Of a DNA stretch of 64,000 bases, positions 13,158 through 28,700 are shown in pieces. The stretch comes from Paramecium tetraurelia (lineage: Eukaryota). The notes below the pieces were generated by a model. That model made no database searches. It had not been told where the DNA came from and saw only the letters and a program-made list of their open reading frames with translations. A program made the translations under genes and the position numbers. Location: positions 62,001 to 126,000 of the forward strand of contig CT868030.1 of NCBI GenBank assembly GCA_000165425.1, in the 5' to 3' direction. The first letter of the stretch is position 1. Every line of letters starts with the position of its first letter.

Positions 13158-15524
13158 ATGGCAATAGCATTCAAAAGATCATCGTTATCCTAAAAAGAAT
13201 AAGAAGCAAAAAACAGATTTTATGGATTACCGCCATAATAATCATCTCCACCGTAAAGTTTATGACATAATTTAGTACAAAGGACAAACCTTAGAAGGAA
13301 TAAAAGAGGCCATCTCAATCCAATTAATAATAGTTACAAATTCCATAGTAATAATAAAAGGATGGATTCGAGACTGCTTACAATGCACCATCTAATGAAT
13401 AAATAGATTAATTCTATAAAAATTTGGAGAATGATTTTAAATAAGTAGCTTAAAGTAATATTACAACATTATTTGAATAGAGCAAGTAACTATGGGAATG
13501 CTGGTCAGTTAACAAGAGTTGATGAAATAATAATAGGAAATCCTAATGCGTAATCAATAGCAAATGCAATAATTTACGTAGTAAAATAATACAAATAGTA
13601 ATAATAACAAGCAGAATTCAAACAATTAAGGTGAGTAACAAATGATGATGAATCTCCTAACACCAATAAATCAATAATTACAAGAGATCAAACAACTATA
13701 TCAACAGACATAGCAATCTTAAACAGAAATTAGATAACAATTGCAATAGTAAAACAGCAACATTAATTTTTAATAATATGATTCACAAAATAACCAACTC
13801 AAATAACTCTTAGATACTACTCAACACAATTTATAATTCTTGAGACCAGAGAACTTATAGACACTATAAAACTTTACTAACTTTAATTTATAGTTATATT
13901 AGGATACAATTAATAATTTGTAAAATTAAATTTATGCCTTGTAAAACGAAGCAGCAACAAGTGAACAAGAATTACATGTAAAATACAAATAATTAAATGA
14001 TGCACATATGGTTAGGAAAATTTAAAAGGTGTCCTAATATGAAGAAGAAACAATCCAATAATTGGAGAAACAAATTAATTCTATCAATTATGAAAAATCT
14101 TAACAATACATCAACCAAAAGTTAGGAGGATTCTTTGATTATGAGTAATTCTCTTAAGATATATCCGATTTAACTGCTGAAGCATCTATTGTGTACTCCT
14201 CATTCATTGACAAGGGATTAGATTATGAAATGTATATTCCAGAATATTAATTTGATTCTTCAGATATTGAGGCCCTCAACAATAAACCAAGTTCTATTCT
14301 TGATGAAATGAAAGCAGCCTTAGGAATCACTAATAAACCACCTCCACCTAAACCAAAATAAGTTTAATAAGCCCCTGTAGTTTAACCTATTCAACCTTTA
14401 GGAGAAATGTAAAAAAAGACACTCAAACCTAATCATTTAGTTAATCTACCTACCAAACCAATTGAACCTCCAAAAGATATAAAATTTGAAAAATAACAAA
14501 CTCCTCAGGATTACAAGCCTATATTCAAAGAACCTCCAAAATAATAATAGCAATCTGGTTAGAAAAGTCAGAAATAAAAACCTTTCAATATGGAGAAAGC
14601 AGAATTCAGATAAAAACCTAAATAGGTTGAGGATGAATCCAAGAAGTATGGAGTAATTGAGTATTTGCAAAATGACTAATCCTTTGAAGAACCAAAATAT
14701 TAGATTTCTTACAAAAAGAAGGACAATCAAGAGATTAACAATAACTATGATAATAAAACGAGACAAAAATAAAATTAATAATTAATATCTCCATTAAAAT
14801 AACAAGTAGAAGAAGCAGAAAGGATTCAGGAAAATAATGTTTATATAAATAAACCTCAAGACTACAAGGATGTTTACAATTATCAAGAAGTTAAATACAA
14901 TTACTAAGAACAAGTAAATGATCCTAAATTTATTAATTACGACGATTTAATCTATGAAGTTCAATAAACAAACAATTTTACTTCTTAGGAATAAAAAAGT
15001 GGAGCATTATTGGAAAGACTAGGAATGAAATAAGAAAATCCAAAAAATGAATTTGAATTGATAGAGCTCTTATCTAGAGACATTGTTAAGGATAAATTAG
15101 TTTAACAAAAATAACTAAATGTCCAAGCACAAGATATGATCAATAAGGATAAGATCTTAAAGAATCAATCTATTCAAATCTAGCCGGATTAACCCAATTT
15201 GTAAGATCAAATAGCTATGGGAGCACAAGCATTTTTCTAAGGTCTTTTGACTGCTTTCAACTAGACCTTAAATTAAGTTAATGATGGGATTTCAGGAAAT
15301 GCTGCCTAATAAGCAAGGTAACTGATTAAGATCTAGTAACAACTTGAATCAAGCGAATACACAGATACTGAAGAAGAAGAAGCAAGATAAAATTAGGAAT
15401 ACCATTAAAAACAAGAGAAATTATTAGATAATCAAATCTCAGGATCCAAATAGAAACCAAACAGACCAGCTCCCTTTTAAAATACTTAAGTCTTACAATA
15501 GTATACTTTTGCATCGACTTTCTC

Positions 15525-15555
<31 letters not shown>

Positions 15556-15888
15556 TAAACTCAATAGCAATTTCAGCAACCAAAGGAAGGAGGACAAAAA
15601 GGTGTGAATGATATGAAAAATTATTTGAATCAATTCGCTTTAAGTGATAACTCCCAAGTGTCTCAAAATAAAAGTGGAACATCCTATGCTGGAAGTATAT
15701 TTAGACTAGATGACTCATATGGTCATAAGAGTGAGGGATAAGTATCTATAAATGAAGGCAAAGGCAATAAGGTAATACAGTAATTGAATATGTAGTAGAG
15801 AGGTTAAGTTACTAAAGATATCTTCAAAGACCTAAACTAAGATCTGTCTGATAGCGATGTTCCGTAACACAGATAAAAGTTTTAATGA
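13158..15888 (+). CDS. Large Q/E/N-rich low-complexity hypothetical protein
   Basis: MAIAFKRSSLSQKEQEAKNRFYG...; long code-6 frames with tiny introns; poly-Q tract; TGA 15886-15888. Confidence 0.65.
15526..15552 (+). repeat. (TAA)9 microsatellite encoding poly-Gln
   Basis: Nine consecutive in-frame TAA followed by CAA TAA inside a coding frame. Confidence 0.9.
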
Positions 15889-16108
15889 AATTAATATCCA
15901 TTTTATACTGAATTTTTATTAAATCAAAAGAAATCTTGCAAAGTTTTTTAATGCTTTTAGATGGAGAAACTTATAAGAGTTTAGGGTAGCATATTAAAGT
16001 ATGATAATTTCATAAGTTTGCAAAAAATTAAAGCGAAAGTTGTTTCTTACTGCATTTTAATGTATAAATTGAATTGAATCCAAATATAAAAATAATAAAT
16101 AATATATA

Positions 16109-16618
16109 ATGAATTTATCTGAAGAAGATATTGAGCAGTGCTAGAGAGCGTTTAATGATTTAGATGATGTAACTTTGTGTGTTTATAGTTTATGATAGAG
16201 AGGAGAGGGAGAGATCATGGCTGATGATTTGGAGATTGCCTTAGAGATGGTGGGATTGAAGTAGAAACCTCATAAGGTTCACAAATTAATAAGTGAGATT
16301 GATGATGGCAATCGTGGACGCATAAAATTTAAGGAGTTTTTGGGTCTCTATGCCAGACTTAAATATGCTGGGTTACAAGATGATGATCAAGATATGATCG
16401 ATGCATTTGTAGCTATGGGAGGGAATGAGGACACATCAGGAAATGTTGATGCAGAAAAGTTGATTCGAATAATAAAGAATGAATTTGAATTAACGATCGA
16501 TATTGAAGGATTAATTAAAGAAGTTGATACCGATGGATCAGGAGTAATAGAGTTTGGAGAGTTCAAAGAACTATTAAAAACTAATTACTTATAAGATGAT
16601 GAAAATGACTATCCGTGA
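16109..16618 (+). CDS. LC4: EF-hand outer-arm dynein light chain LC4-like (calmodulin family)
   Basis: DAFVAMGGNEDTSGNVDAEKLIRIIKNEFELTIDIEGLIKEVDTDGSGVIEFGEF is typical of LC4; 30-nt intron 16169-16198. Confidence 0.8.
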
Positions 16619-16949
16619 TTTTGATGCCATATGTTTAAATATATTGCTACAATTCTAAGCCTAATTAATTATAAATAAATTGTATATTCCTCCTCATCCT
16701 CCATTACAGATACCCAATGAAACTATCATTGTCAATATTCACTAAGTATATTTGACATTTTAAATAATTGATATCTTATTAGCTTAATGTAATATACTAA
16801 CAACTTATTTAATGTATATGCTAATAAATTATTTAATTTGTGAATTATATATATTTGATATGATTTATATATATATAATTCTCTATATTTTCCTTAATAG
16901 TACACGTATTTATTAAATAGATGGCAGTGTCACAATCAATTTCTACCAT

Positions 16950-19900
16950 TCACCAAATTTCAACTGATAAAGGACTTGGTTAAGAAACCTTTGTGCTATG
17001 GATCATTCTTGATTTTGTGTTTATTCTTTTCTAAATTAACGCTTTTTTAATCAATTGAAATCGAGAAAGTGCAATTTTCTTTCTTTCACTCCTTAAAACT
17101 AAAATAGTTTTCAATCCTGGACACATGTATTTTATTTGTGGGTACTTCTATAAAATCTACTTTCTTATTGAATCAAGTCTTTCATCGTATTTAGTATAAT
17201 AGACAAGAACTACTTTTTTTATGATAGTGTAAATAAAGTACAACGAAAAAATAATTTATAGGATCTGAAGGGGTATATCAAGGTTTCCCTATTCAGCAAG
17301 GGTAGATTAATAATGAAGAGAACTTAAAATAATGATGATTCCACATAATAGAATACTTTCTTATTCAAATCGATTTAAAGCTTAAAGATTGTAAGGCTGG
17401 AAGTAAAGGAAACTAAAGAAATATAGGATCAAAACCAGAAGCGTTATGACGCTCTTCAAGATTACTCTCTCCTCATTGATTATTAACGATAACATTATTA
17501 CTTCTCGCTAAAATATCTTAATTATTTCCCAATAATAACTATTTTCTTTGTAATCATTAAATAAATATCCCCATATTTTCCGAGTTCGTTCAAAATGAAA
17601 ATATTTTCTGAATCTGTAGAGTATTGCCAATAGAACCAGAGGTATTATTCCTCCGAAAATCACTAAGACTGGCCCAATAAAAAATCGTACCCAATTTTAA
17701 TGCTCTTAAGTATAATATAAATATGAGGTGTTTATATTGATGTAATCGATCATCGATATTGTTCTATATGCAATCAATCCTCCAAATTACTTTATTATGT
17801 TAGGTTGAGTATAAAAAAACAAGTAGATTAAAGCTGTAAAGTAAATGGTTGAAGATAGAATCATCTTATGCCCAATCACTAATATCAAATAACTTGTTAA
17901 AAAAAATAGATAATAGATTGCTGGCAACATTAAATACATGATTTAAGTAAGATAGATTATTTGTATACTTGAAGAGCTAGTAATGTAGCATTAAAAAGAA
18001 AAAGTGGAGCTTCCTATTGGATTGCTTATGGGCATTAAAATATCAATGATATTGAAATACAAATCTGATTGAAACGATTTAATACTAACCAGTATTTAAC
18101 AATAGTTTACGATCATTTTAATAAGAGCCGCAGATTGATCTAATAAATCAGAATTACTGTTACCTAAATTACTGCAAAAGATTATCTTATAATATTTAGT
18201 AGTTTATTTCAGTAATTTAAAACTTTTAAAGACACTATTTACACTAATGACAGTCAAATATATTGAAACAATAGCGCTAAAATTAATTCATATTATTTAC
18301 ATAGAATTTATGAAGAGTGAAAACAAGATTTCCCATGCTTATTCACTACAAATTTCACATTGAATATTCTTATTTTTAAAATATTATCCAAATCCTCTAA
18401 AATTATATATATCGCATTCTTCACATAAAGCTCCAATAGATCCATCTTGACAAGAAATATCTCCGGTCTACCAACCACCTAAACAATTGTTAATTTTGCT
18501 CTAACATTTTGAAATATAATGGCTTCTAATATTTGGTCTCCAATATCCAGGATACAATTCAATAGTATTTATCGTATTGGATTTGATTAACTTTGGATCC
18601 ACCTTCTAGCAATTCTACGCTTTTAATTCTACTGAATAAAATCCTTTCTTATAGTCGCATAATAAACATTAAGATTCAAAATAATATTCTCCCATCTTGC
18701 ATGTAAAACTCTTTGCATTAAATTAAAAAGTGTAATTCATATTTCTTATACAGTCACATTTGACCTTAAATCTCTAAAACTCTATTTCTTTTGAATAAGG
18801 ATCCAATACTATTGAATGATTTGAAAGATCAAAAGATTGACTACTGATATTGTATGCTATTTATTCTTGTTGTTAAATATCCTTATAAATAACTATATTG
18901 TCTTTGTTCATCTAATTTGACAAGTCAAGCATACATACAGCATTTTCATTTTCAATTTAAACTTCGTTTAAAGTGTTGATTGGCAAAATCTTGAGTTATA
19001 TATTATAAAACTTATTCAAAGTTACCTCATTTGAAATCTATAATTCATAATTTCCAATCTTCTATCCACTTGGAATTTATATAAAATTATCAATATCATA
19101 TTTTGTAAAATTTGGTTATCCTGAATTTATATCCCTTATTGTCATTATCTTCTATCCAAATAACGATAATTATAAATGACTAGGTTATTCTCTTACGTTT
19201 GAGATTAGATTTCTTGCCATATTATCAATAAAAAATATCTTTGATAAAGTAACAGGAGATATTCTAGTATTTTCAATGTAAACAGCTCCTCCCAACTCAG
19301 CTGAATTATTTATGAATTAGATATTTTTAAGATTTGTTAACTCATTAGTTGATTTATAATAAAGTCCACCTCCAAAAGTACCAATATTATTTAAATACAA
19401 TAGATTCTTACCTGCAAAAGAATCGATATCTAATTTCATTGTCCCATTGCTTTTACCAATATTTTAAATTAACATACTAGTTCTCATTTCAAGATTCACA
19501 CTTTAATTTACAAATAAACAATTAGATTATCCACAATTATTATCATATAGAACAAAGTCTGATATTTTACACTTTTCAACATTTTAATCTAATTGTATAT
19601 AAATTAATCCCTATTAACATGTTTCGCATTAATTTTGAATTAAGTATATTTTAGTCAAAAATAACTTTATTTTTTAATTTTAATAGATATTTGCGATAAT
19701 TATGCTTAAAAAGGCATTACTTACAAAATTATCAATACTCCTCCCTGAAAAAGAAGATCTATAAATAGTTATATTTGTTATAGCTATTTTTAATATCTCT
19801 TTCAAGAAAGAATTTTCAGAGAGGATGAGTCCTCTATTTGATATTGTAATAAGCTCATCACTCTTGGCATTTACTTAATTTAAGTACAGATTACTTAACA

Positions 19901-22900
19901 AAATTGAATTAGAAAATTGAAGATTCAAGATCTTTTGAGTGGCAATCCCCTCAAAATATAGATTTTTAATTTATATATTACTAATTAAGAATAAAGGATT
20001 ACCTATTAAAAATTGATATAATCCCATTTCTGGTTTAGTTAGTCTATTCAAGAATTTTACCAAAGCTCTATTAATGCAGAGTTTCATCAAGGTTAATAAT
20101 GATATTTGATAATTTTACGTTATTGAGCTAATTATTACCTGAAAAATCAAACTCAAACATGACTTTACTCTAAGAAAACACATTTGTAAATATTATGTTA
20201 TCAAACACTACATCATTACTAATTGTCGATGAGATCAAATACAAAAAGCCATTTTAATTTTTGCTTTTACAATTATATATTTTTATTCTATTTAAATTTA
20301 AATTTAACTTTGAGTTAATTGAATTAACACCCAAACAACCTCCAACTGCATAATCCTATTCATTTGACCAACTTATTGCATTCTCAATATAAATATTATT
20401 CATATCTACATTTCCTAATCGAATTAATTCCAAAAACAAACAAGATGCCTAATAACCGTACAAGTTTTAGAAAACAGAATTATCAATTACAAATAATTCT
20501 GTTTTAGCATATATTACCCCACCAATCGATTTACTATAAATATCTTAATTTAATTGATTTGGATCATAATTAATATTTTATACTTTTATCTCCTTTATTT
20601 TCACTTAATTGGAATTCAAATAAATAAGAGAATTAGTTGTGTTTAAAATAGTATTTTAGTAAATGATGTTGTTATCCATATATATATTTTATTAACAAAC
20701 TTAAATATAAATGAGTCCAGGAGATATAAATGAATAATCTTCTAAAAAATGAATGATCAAGTTATTTTTAAATGAAGATTCATTAATAACTGTCTCACAA
20801 AAATACTCTGAATATATATATAAAAGACTGGCAAACTAAGTACTTTCTGTTTTAATCAAATAGTTGTTATGAAGTTACAAAGAGTTTATATTTATTTTCT
20901 AATTGTTTAGGGCTTGGCCTTTTGAAATCAACAAAATTAGCGCTGAATTTACAATAAAATGATTTTTGATTTATACATTATTTACTTTAATATTCACAAA
21001 ATCTTGAATATAGAATACTCCGCAACTTTGCACCCTTGTATTTATTGATGATTTGAGCTATTTAATCTAAGACCACATTAAGGAATAAGTAAACAAATTA
21101 TTTCCTTAAATAATTAAATTATTAATTGTTATTTGAGTAAATTTTTAAAGGCAAAAATACCATTACGCATGTATATTCTTAATTTGTACATTTTCAATTA
21201 CAATAGTATGGCTGCTATATGTAAATAAACATTAACTTGTATTGCATGCGTTTTAGCAAGAAGATGATATATTTTTTATCTCCAAATTTTACAATTTTAT
21301 AAATCCCTTTTGATCTTTATCATTCTTAATAGAAATGAAATCTCCTCCGCAAAAATCTAAGGCATTTAATGTTAAATTAGAAATTGAATGACTATATCCA
21401 TTTTTTACAAATTATTGGGTGTATATGATTAAATTACTTTTTACAAATGCACTATTATCAATGATAATATTTTATATTGAAAAAGATGAAACGATTTTTA
21501 TGAAAATGCTATTAGAGATTTTACATTCAATAATGTCAAATTTGCTAATAAATACTGTTTTAGAAATTGGAATTCTAAATAGAATACATTTTTAGATTGT
21601 TGAATTTTTAAATATGATCCTTTCGGCTGAATAGTAAGAATTAAAAGTTATAGAATCGATTGTTATAATTGAAGAATTTAAGAGGTAAGTGTTGATAACT
21701 GTGATCTAATTTAATTTTAGGAATGCAAATTCTGAATCAGTAAGTGTATAAAAGGATATGATTGATGAATTTGTTAAATTACTATCAACCAATATAATAT
21801 TTTCTATATGGATGTAAATGTTTTGGGTTGATTATCTTTGATAATGTTTAAACGAAAATAAGTGTGAATTTAATAGAGTTACATTAGATAACAAAATTGT
21901 ATTAATATAAACATTAGTTGCTTATTCAATTGAAAAAATTGTTTTTTCTAACTCCAAATTGGAAATAGAGATATTCCTAAAAAATATTGAAACCCCAAAT
22001 GTGGAATGCACAAAGAAAATATTAGATTAATAAAAAATTCTAAGATTCTATATATTAACAGTAGATTAATTGGCAATTTCGAATTACTTTTGATGTAAAC
22101 TATCATTATATCCATCGTAAAGAAATGTCTGATTTTTCAAAGAAAATACTTGTTCTCTATGATTAATAGGGGATGAATTACTTTGACTATTATACTTATA
22201 AATATATAAGTCAGGTTTGACTTTTTATAAATAATTTGTTAGGTCATCAACTTATTTAATAGGATTTTGAAGAGTTGTAAAAGTCTCAGGTTCTAATTGA
22301 AGTTTATATCTTCGTTTAGATGAATCCTTTCCTTTAGTTTATCCTGTGTGGGATTCAATGTATGTTAAATCCTCTTTGTAATTGAATACACAAAAGTACG
22401 TTTATTTTATAGATTGTTCATTTACTATAAAGTAAGGGTTAATAGTTTATATTTGATCTAATGAGATTGGTTAACATATTTAACATGGATATGGACATTA
22501 TTAACATTAATTATCAAAGTAGGATAAAATAGGATTAACATCAGAACTATTTTCACAAGTAATACAAATTGAGCTGGGTGTATCATATTGAAGACAATCT
22601 TAATTTATAAGTTTATTACAAGTCATACCAAATTTTATGTATCCATCAGCGCATTTCAATATATCATACCATTATATATAATAAATTCCTTAGATTAGAA
22701 TAGGAATCTTATTAGGTTTGAAATTTATATAAAAACTTTAGACTTGATATTTCCAATTATCTTATTAAGAAGTCGTCATAACACACACTTCTGAGTGTTC
22801 AAATTGAGCAGAACATTATTAGCAGATCCCATTTAAAAAATTCAAGAAGTATCCATAAACACATTCTACACATTGGATATTTCCATTAAAGTCTTAAAGG

Positions 22901-25232
22901 CATTTTAAGCAATTTGAATAATAATGCTGACAATTAATAAACTGTATAGCTATGTTCCTTTAGATCTCATCTTTAGACAAGAGAGTAGAAGTACAAACAA
23001 ATTGGTTTTCTTCTGAAATGAAACCATTCACGCATTAATTACTTGTAGTATATTCAACACATTAATTGATTGAAAAATTAAATATATAGCCTGGAAAACA
23101 TAATGAACAAGCAATAACATAGTCTTCTAGATTGTATGAAATATCTTCTAATTGAATTGAAACTTAGTTTTTGTCAAATATATTATATTAGAAGCAATAT
23201 TTGCAGTTTGTAAGATCACATGTTCTACAAATGCCTTAAACATCCATGAAATATCGTTAAGAATCTTTACAATACAAACATTATTTAAACAAGCAATATC
23301 CACACGTTTTTGAGCATTAAGACTTACCATTGTGACTTTCTTATTAAACCTCAAGACATTTTTTTACATCTTACTAGTAAACACCAAAATAGCAAGTGAT
23401 ATATACATCTTAATCCAAGTGTTTATCAGGATATAAGATGCAATCAATATACCTTTCCTAAATATCTTGATCTGTACAACGATCGCATCCATCACAACCA
23501 ACCACTTCTTCGTTGACAACAAAAAATTAAGTTGTCTATGCTTTTTCATTTAGAGTGCTATAATACACGTTATTCTAAGAACCTTAAAATTGATGATACT
23601 ATTCTTAACAACTACCTTTATATACCCATAAATCAGGATTTTATATACATTCTAAACAATTTAACATTCCCTTTTACGAAGCCGAAGGACTAAGTTACAT
23701 TAACAATTAATACCATTATATACAAGATTCTTTATACTTAAAATAACCAAAAGCACAAATTATTTCTGTATCTTCGGATTCATATTAATTGTTATCAGGT
23801 AAATAATTGAATGTTTATTTAAGGTTCATATCAGCAGATCCATAACATTTCGACTAATTATCTTCCACATACCATAATTTACATTGACAGGAATTTGTTT
23901 TCTAATCGTAAATCCGATTATCTGAATCTAGACAAGATAAACATTAATTATTAAAAGGACCCCAACAATTTTAACATGAGTAATGGCAATTTTATTGTCT
24001 TCCTAATTCATTCATCTGATTGATAGGACTTATATAATTGAAATAATTGAATTATGCTATTTCCCCTTCATAACTTACTTTTTAACTATCACTAGCTCCA
24101 AATTAAAACTCTAAAAGTATATCTGAAAATTAATAAATTTCTTTGAATTCGATATTGTATTTTTGGTTTGTCATAAAACTAGTTAGTTTAAAAACTAAAA
24201 TATTCAGTACATAAGTTATTTCTATGAGATGCCATTATGTAATAAGTTCTACTTCTATGTTCTAAGTGAAACTTTTTAAAAATGTTTTTATTAAATTTTC
24301 ATTACGTACAAAAGGGTAATTATAAGTGTAGTATTCAATTGAATAAGACCATTATTCTTAATCCTTTATATAATTTAATAAAAAGATATTGAGATTCTAT
24401 TAGAAATTATGAGGTTTAATCTTTAGAATACCTATTTATTATTGATTAACCTCTTTAATGTTTATTTTGGACCAAAACTTAATATCATAGCTTCTATTAT
24501 AATAAAATTAACTAATAATATTATTTTTGATAAAGGGTGAGTATTTTAGATATGAAATTAATGGGTTGATACTGAGTTTTTCATTTATTCCTTAAAAAAA
24601 ATCATCTTTGTATTCTGTTAAAAGCAATATATTAGTTATTTAATATAATTTCACCTTGCCAGGATAAGTATTCAACATTAAATTTTTTTTCGTGCTACCC
24701 TTCAACATCTAATATAAATCACAAAAATTACTTAAGTATTCTATCCATGAATTAGTATCAAGTCTTAAAAACAATTAAGATCGCTTTAAAATATTTTAGT
24801 CTAAAGCTAATTTGGACATTCTAATCCTACTACTAATTCCGTTTCATCAGTGAAGTACAAATAGTGAAAACACCATAAACCTTCATAGTTTAAGTTGTCC
24901 ATTTCAAATTAGACTTCTATATTATTTGAACAAGCTTGAACAATAAAATAATGAATAATTTTCTAAGGAATAACTAGAAATTCGACATAATACACAAATC
25001 GTAGCTCTTTTGTTTTTACTTGTTTTGCCATATATATTAAATAAGCATTATAATCTGTTTCCTCAAATTTTTCTTAATTATAAATATTGCTCAAAAACAA
25101 ATATTTGGAAATACTTCCAATAACCTATTCTTTTTATAAACTTATCTAAGGAAAGTTCAAATAATTAAGGTCCTTTAAATCATAGTATTATTGAGAACTA
25201 ATTTTGGCAAACATCATTAAAATTATAAACAT
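16950..25232 (-). CDS. Giant (~2750 aa) surface membrane protein: signal peptide, CxxC furin-like repeats, pectin-lyase-like beta-helix, Cys-rich linker, multi-pass TM domain
   Basis: MFIILMMFAKISS start; CxxC repeats ~22500-24000; GG repeats (SIGGVIY, GTFGGGLYY, NSAELGGAVYI); CLGGWQTGDISCQDGSIGALCEECD; TM region with GYLFNDYKENSYYWEIIK; few introns; not every codon checked. Confidence 0.8.
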
Positions 25233-25739
25233 AAGTGATTTATTTATTTTACTTATTAAATTCTTTGAAATTAAATTATATAAAAAAATTGTATTTCAAG
25301 ATTAAAGGATGTTTTCAAAATCAACATCAATAAAATATTTACTAGCCATACATAATAGAGCAATTTTAAATACAAATAATTGACTTAAAACAGAGAAAAA
25401 AAAAAATCTAATAATTATTTTCTAAACTCTAAGAGAATACATCTTCTATGATAATGCTCCTATGTTTCATCAATCTAAAGGATTTTAAGTAAAATGTATC
25501 CAAAAAGAGTTTGGTTCAACTAAAAACAATAGCAAAGCGTGAAAATGTAGTACAAATTTAATGCATTAATCAAATATGTATAAAATCTAAGATTTAGAAC
25601 AGATTTATTTTCAGTATAAATTTAAGAAAAATATAAAAATATATTATGAACAATTAAGAATTATTTTTATTTATTGAATAATTATCATTTTAATTAAGCC
25701 TAATGTTTAATCTTCAGCTGTATAATTAATTATATTAAT

Positions 25740-28700
25740 ATGGATTTTAATTTTCAAAAATTGTAGAGACCAGCAGATAGAAAAGAAATAATATAGCTCT
25801 TTCAGCGTTATTTAACACTTTTATACATGTTAAAATTCGACTTCTAAATTCCTAAGAACATTTCGTCTATTATATTATTTGTTACTACAATATATCCCAT
25901 ATTTATTACTTTGGAATAATCAAGCTTTGATTCTCTAAAGTAAAACTCGATGCACTCAATTTTATTTTTTGGCTTTCGGCCTGATTTACTATATTAAAGG
26001 TACAATAATAAATGAATAACATTAGCTCCTTGCTTTACCTTATACCTTTGATATTGTTCGTACTTCATAAATTAAGTGCCATCATTTTACTATATTATTA
26101 TTTATTATCAAAAACTTAGGATAGATTTGTTAGATTAATTTCTAAAAAAATATTTTTGAAAGTCTTGGGAATATTTTTTACAATATACATAAAATTAATT
26201 AGTACAATTTTACTAATAATTTTTGGTTTGCTTTGCATGGCTAGCTTTAAGATATAATTTATATAGTAAAATCAAGATAATTTGTTCTAACTTCATCTAA
26301 TTACCAATATCATCACAATTCTTTTGTTGCTCATAGAATCAACATTCATTTTATATTTTTATGAATCGTCTATAACCCATCAATAAAGAGATATAGAAAG
26401 AACCAGATTTACTTATTTGAGAGCACTCTATTAGATACTAATAATAATTTAAGTTTCCATGATTCTTTTAGGGAACATGAAATACTATATTTAAATTTAA
26501 TCATTTTTAGCCATTTTTTCTCAAATAACTTTGTTAATTGATCAATACCATAGTGTAGTCTACTCTTTGGATTATCAACGATAATCTATTGCCTTAGGCG
26601 TATCATTTAATATTTCATTTCATATAATTGCATTAATTCATATCAACATTTCCTTATAATCATATCTTTTACCTTTGTTTGTAAACTAAATGTTGATCTA
26701 TTAAATAATTCGAAACTACTCGAGACATTTTGATTAAACTACTCTAAAAATACTATTTGATTCAAAAGTATAGGTTTATTGGTAATTAAAGTATTGGTTA
26801 ATCAAATTATTAAATAATGATATCCCAAACATTAGTTAAGAAGTCATTTTTAAGTCTTTGATTGCTTCTTAACATAGGTAAGTCTGCATGGATTTAAGCT
26901 GTGTATTTTGTTCTCATTCAAAAATAATCAATCCAACTTATACAAGTGGTATCACAAAACATATCTATAATGATTTTTTAATGGAGAAATTGCAATAATT
27001 TCTGACATCAAACACTTTTTTTTAATAGTCATCAGATAATAATGGGCTTTTATAGTACGCATTTGCTTTATATGATTGTGGGATGATTATGAAATCCATA
27101 AAAATTCTTTGTTTTTTACAAGAATATCATTAAAATTAAGATATCTCTAAACTTTAATCTTTTTCCCAGTATCAAGATGATAATCATTAATTAAGTCATT
27201 TTGAGTTGATTACCTTAAAGCCAAAAACTTCTTAAGAAAATTACGATTTGTTGTGTAATTTAACAAAAACCTCATAAGATTCTAAACTTATTTAAATTCT
27301 TTAACATCAGTAATCTAAGAAATACTCAATGATAGATTAGATAAAATTGAAATTTGTATTTAATAATGCCAAAGCCAATATAAATAAATCTTTAGGAACT
27401 TCAAGTGAGGCAACATAACAAAATTACATTACTAATTACACAGAACAGGTTATCGAGAAAGATCTTTAAGTCAATATTTAAGAATAAAGTGTATTAAAGG
27501 TAATTTAAGCAAAGGTTGATCTTTACTAATAATTAGTTTAAACATCCTCAATCAAATAAAGTATACTTCATTTTCACAATTAAGTGCATAGATTATGCCA
27601 TTATTTTTATGCTTTAGATAAATAATTAAAAAAGGCCTATTTGTAAAGCCCTTGTTTCCATTTGCACAGAGTAATTAGTTTTTTCTTAGGAGAAGTTTTG
27701 GGTGAATATAGAAGATCAATAAACTTTTATAAAAATTCAGAATTCTTTGAGGCTCCAATACTATAATTTAAATAAATTAAGAATTTTAATATTAATTCGA
27801 AACACGTTTACTATTTAATCCTAGAAGCAAAAGATGACATGGAATCTTTTACAATATAATCATATTCCAATAAATTTTATAAAAATTTTGGGACCACTAA
27901 AAGTGCTAATTAAACCCATTAATTTAATGATTTGCTACCAAAATATTTGGTTAAGCATCATTGCACTTATGTTAAAAGATTTTTTGAGACAGGAGTGGCC
28001 AAATATTACTAATAGTTTGATCTTAGTTTTATTAGAAATTCAAATATGCTCTTAACACCAATTAATATGTGTCTTTCAATTACAAATAAATTCCTTAATT
28101 AAAATGTTACTTTTGCTGCATTCTTTTAAGATACCTCTTATGATTAAGCATATATTCTTATAGATAGTGCAAGTTTGAAATGTACATTTACAGAGAATCT
28201 ATTGATTTTGATTGGATGGACTGAAATAGAAATCCAATGTTTAAGCAAATAAGAAAACTTAAATGAATTTGATATTAATAAAATATTCCCCAGCTTTGTT
28301 AGAATGATTAAATCAAATTAAGAGAAACTATTCAAAGTTAACTATTGTACTTTAATTTTGCCTAAAATCTAAGACAATCTTTAAACTTAGAGATCCTTAT
28401 TTTCCGAAAACTCACAATTATTCTTAAATTATGTAAAAACCTAGTGCGATCTAATAATAATCAAACAAACTATCGATAACTATGAGTATTATCTAATAAA
28501 TGTTATTAAGATAGTTGAAACTTAAACCACCTCAGTTCTGAATAAAAAAATCTTTTAATAATAGTCTATAAATGTAGAAAATGGATAGAATAATGAAGAG
28601 AATTTTCATGACAACTAGACTAGTGGAGAAAAGATGGAGGCCTTGTTTTCAACTGTAAAAGAAGAACACATTGATATCCATAAGAAAACTTTTATCTAGA

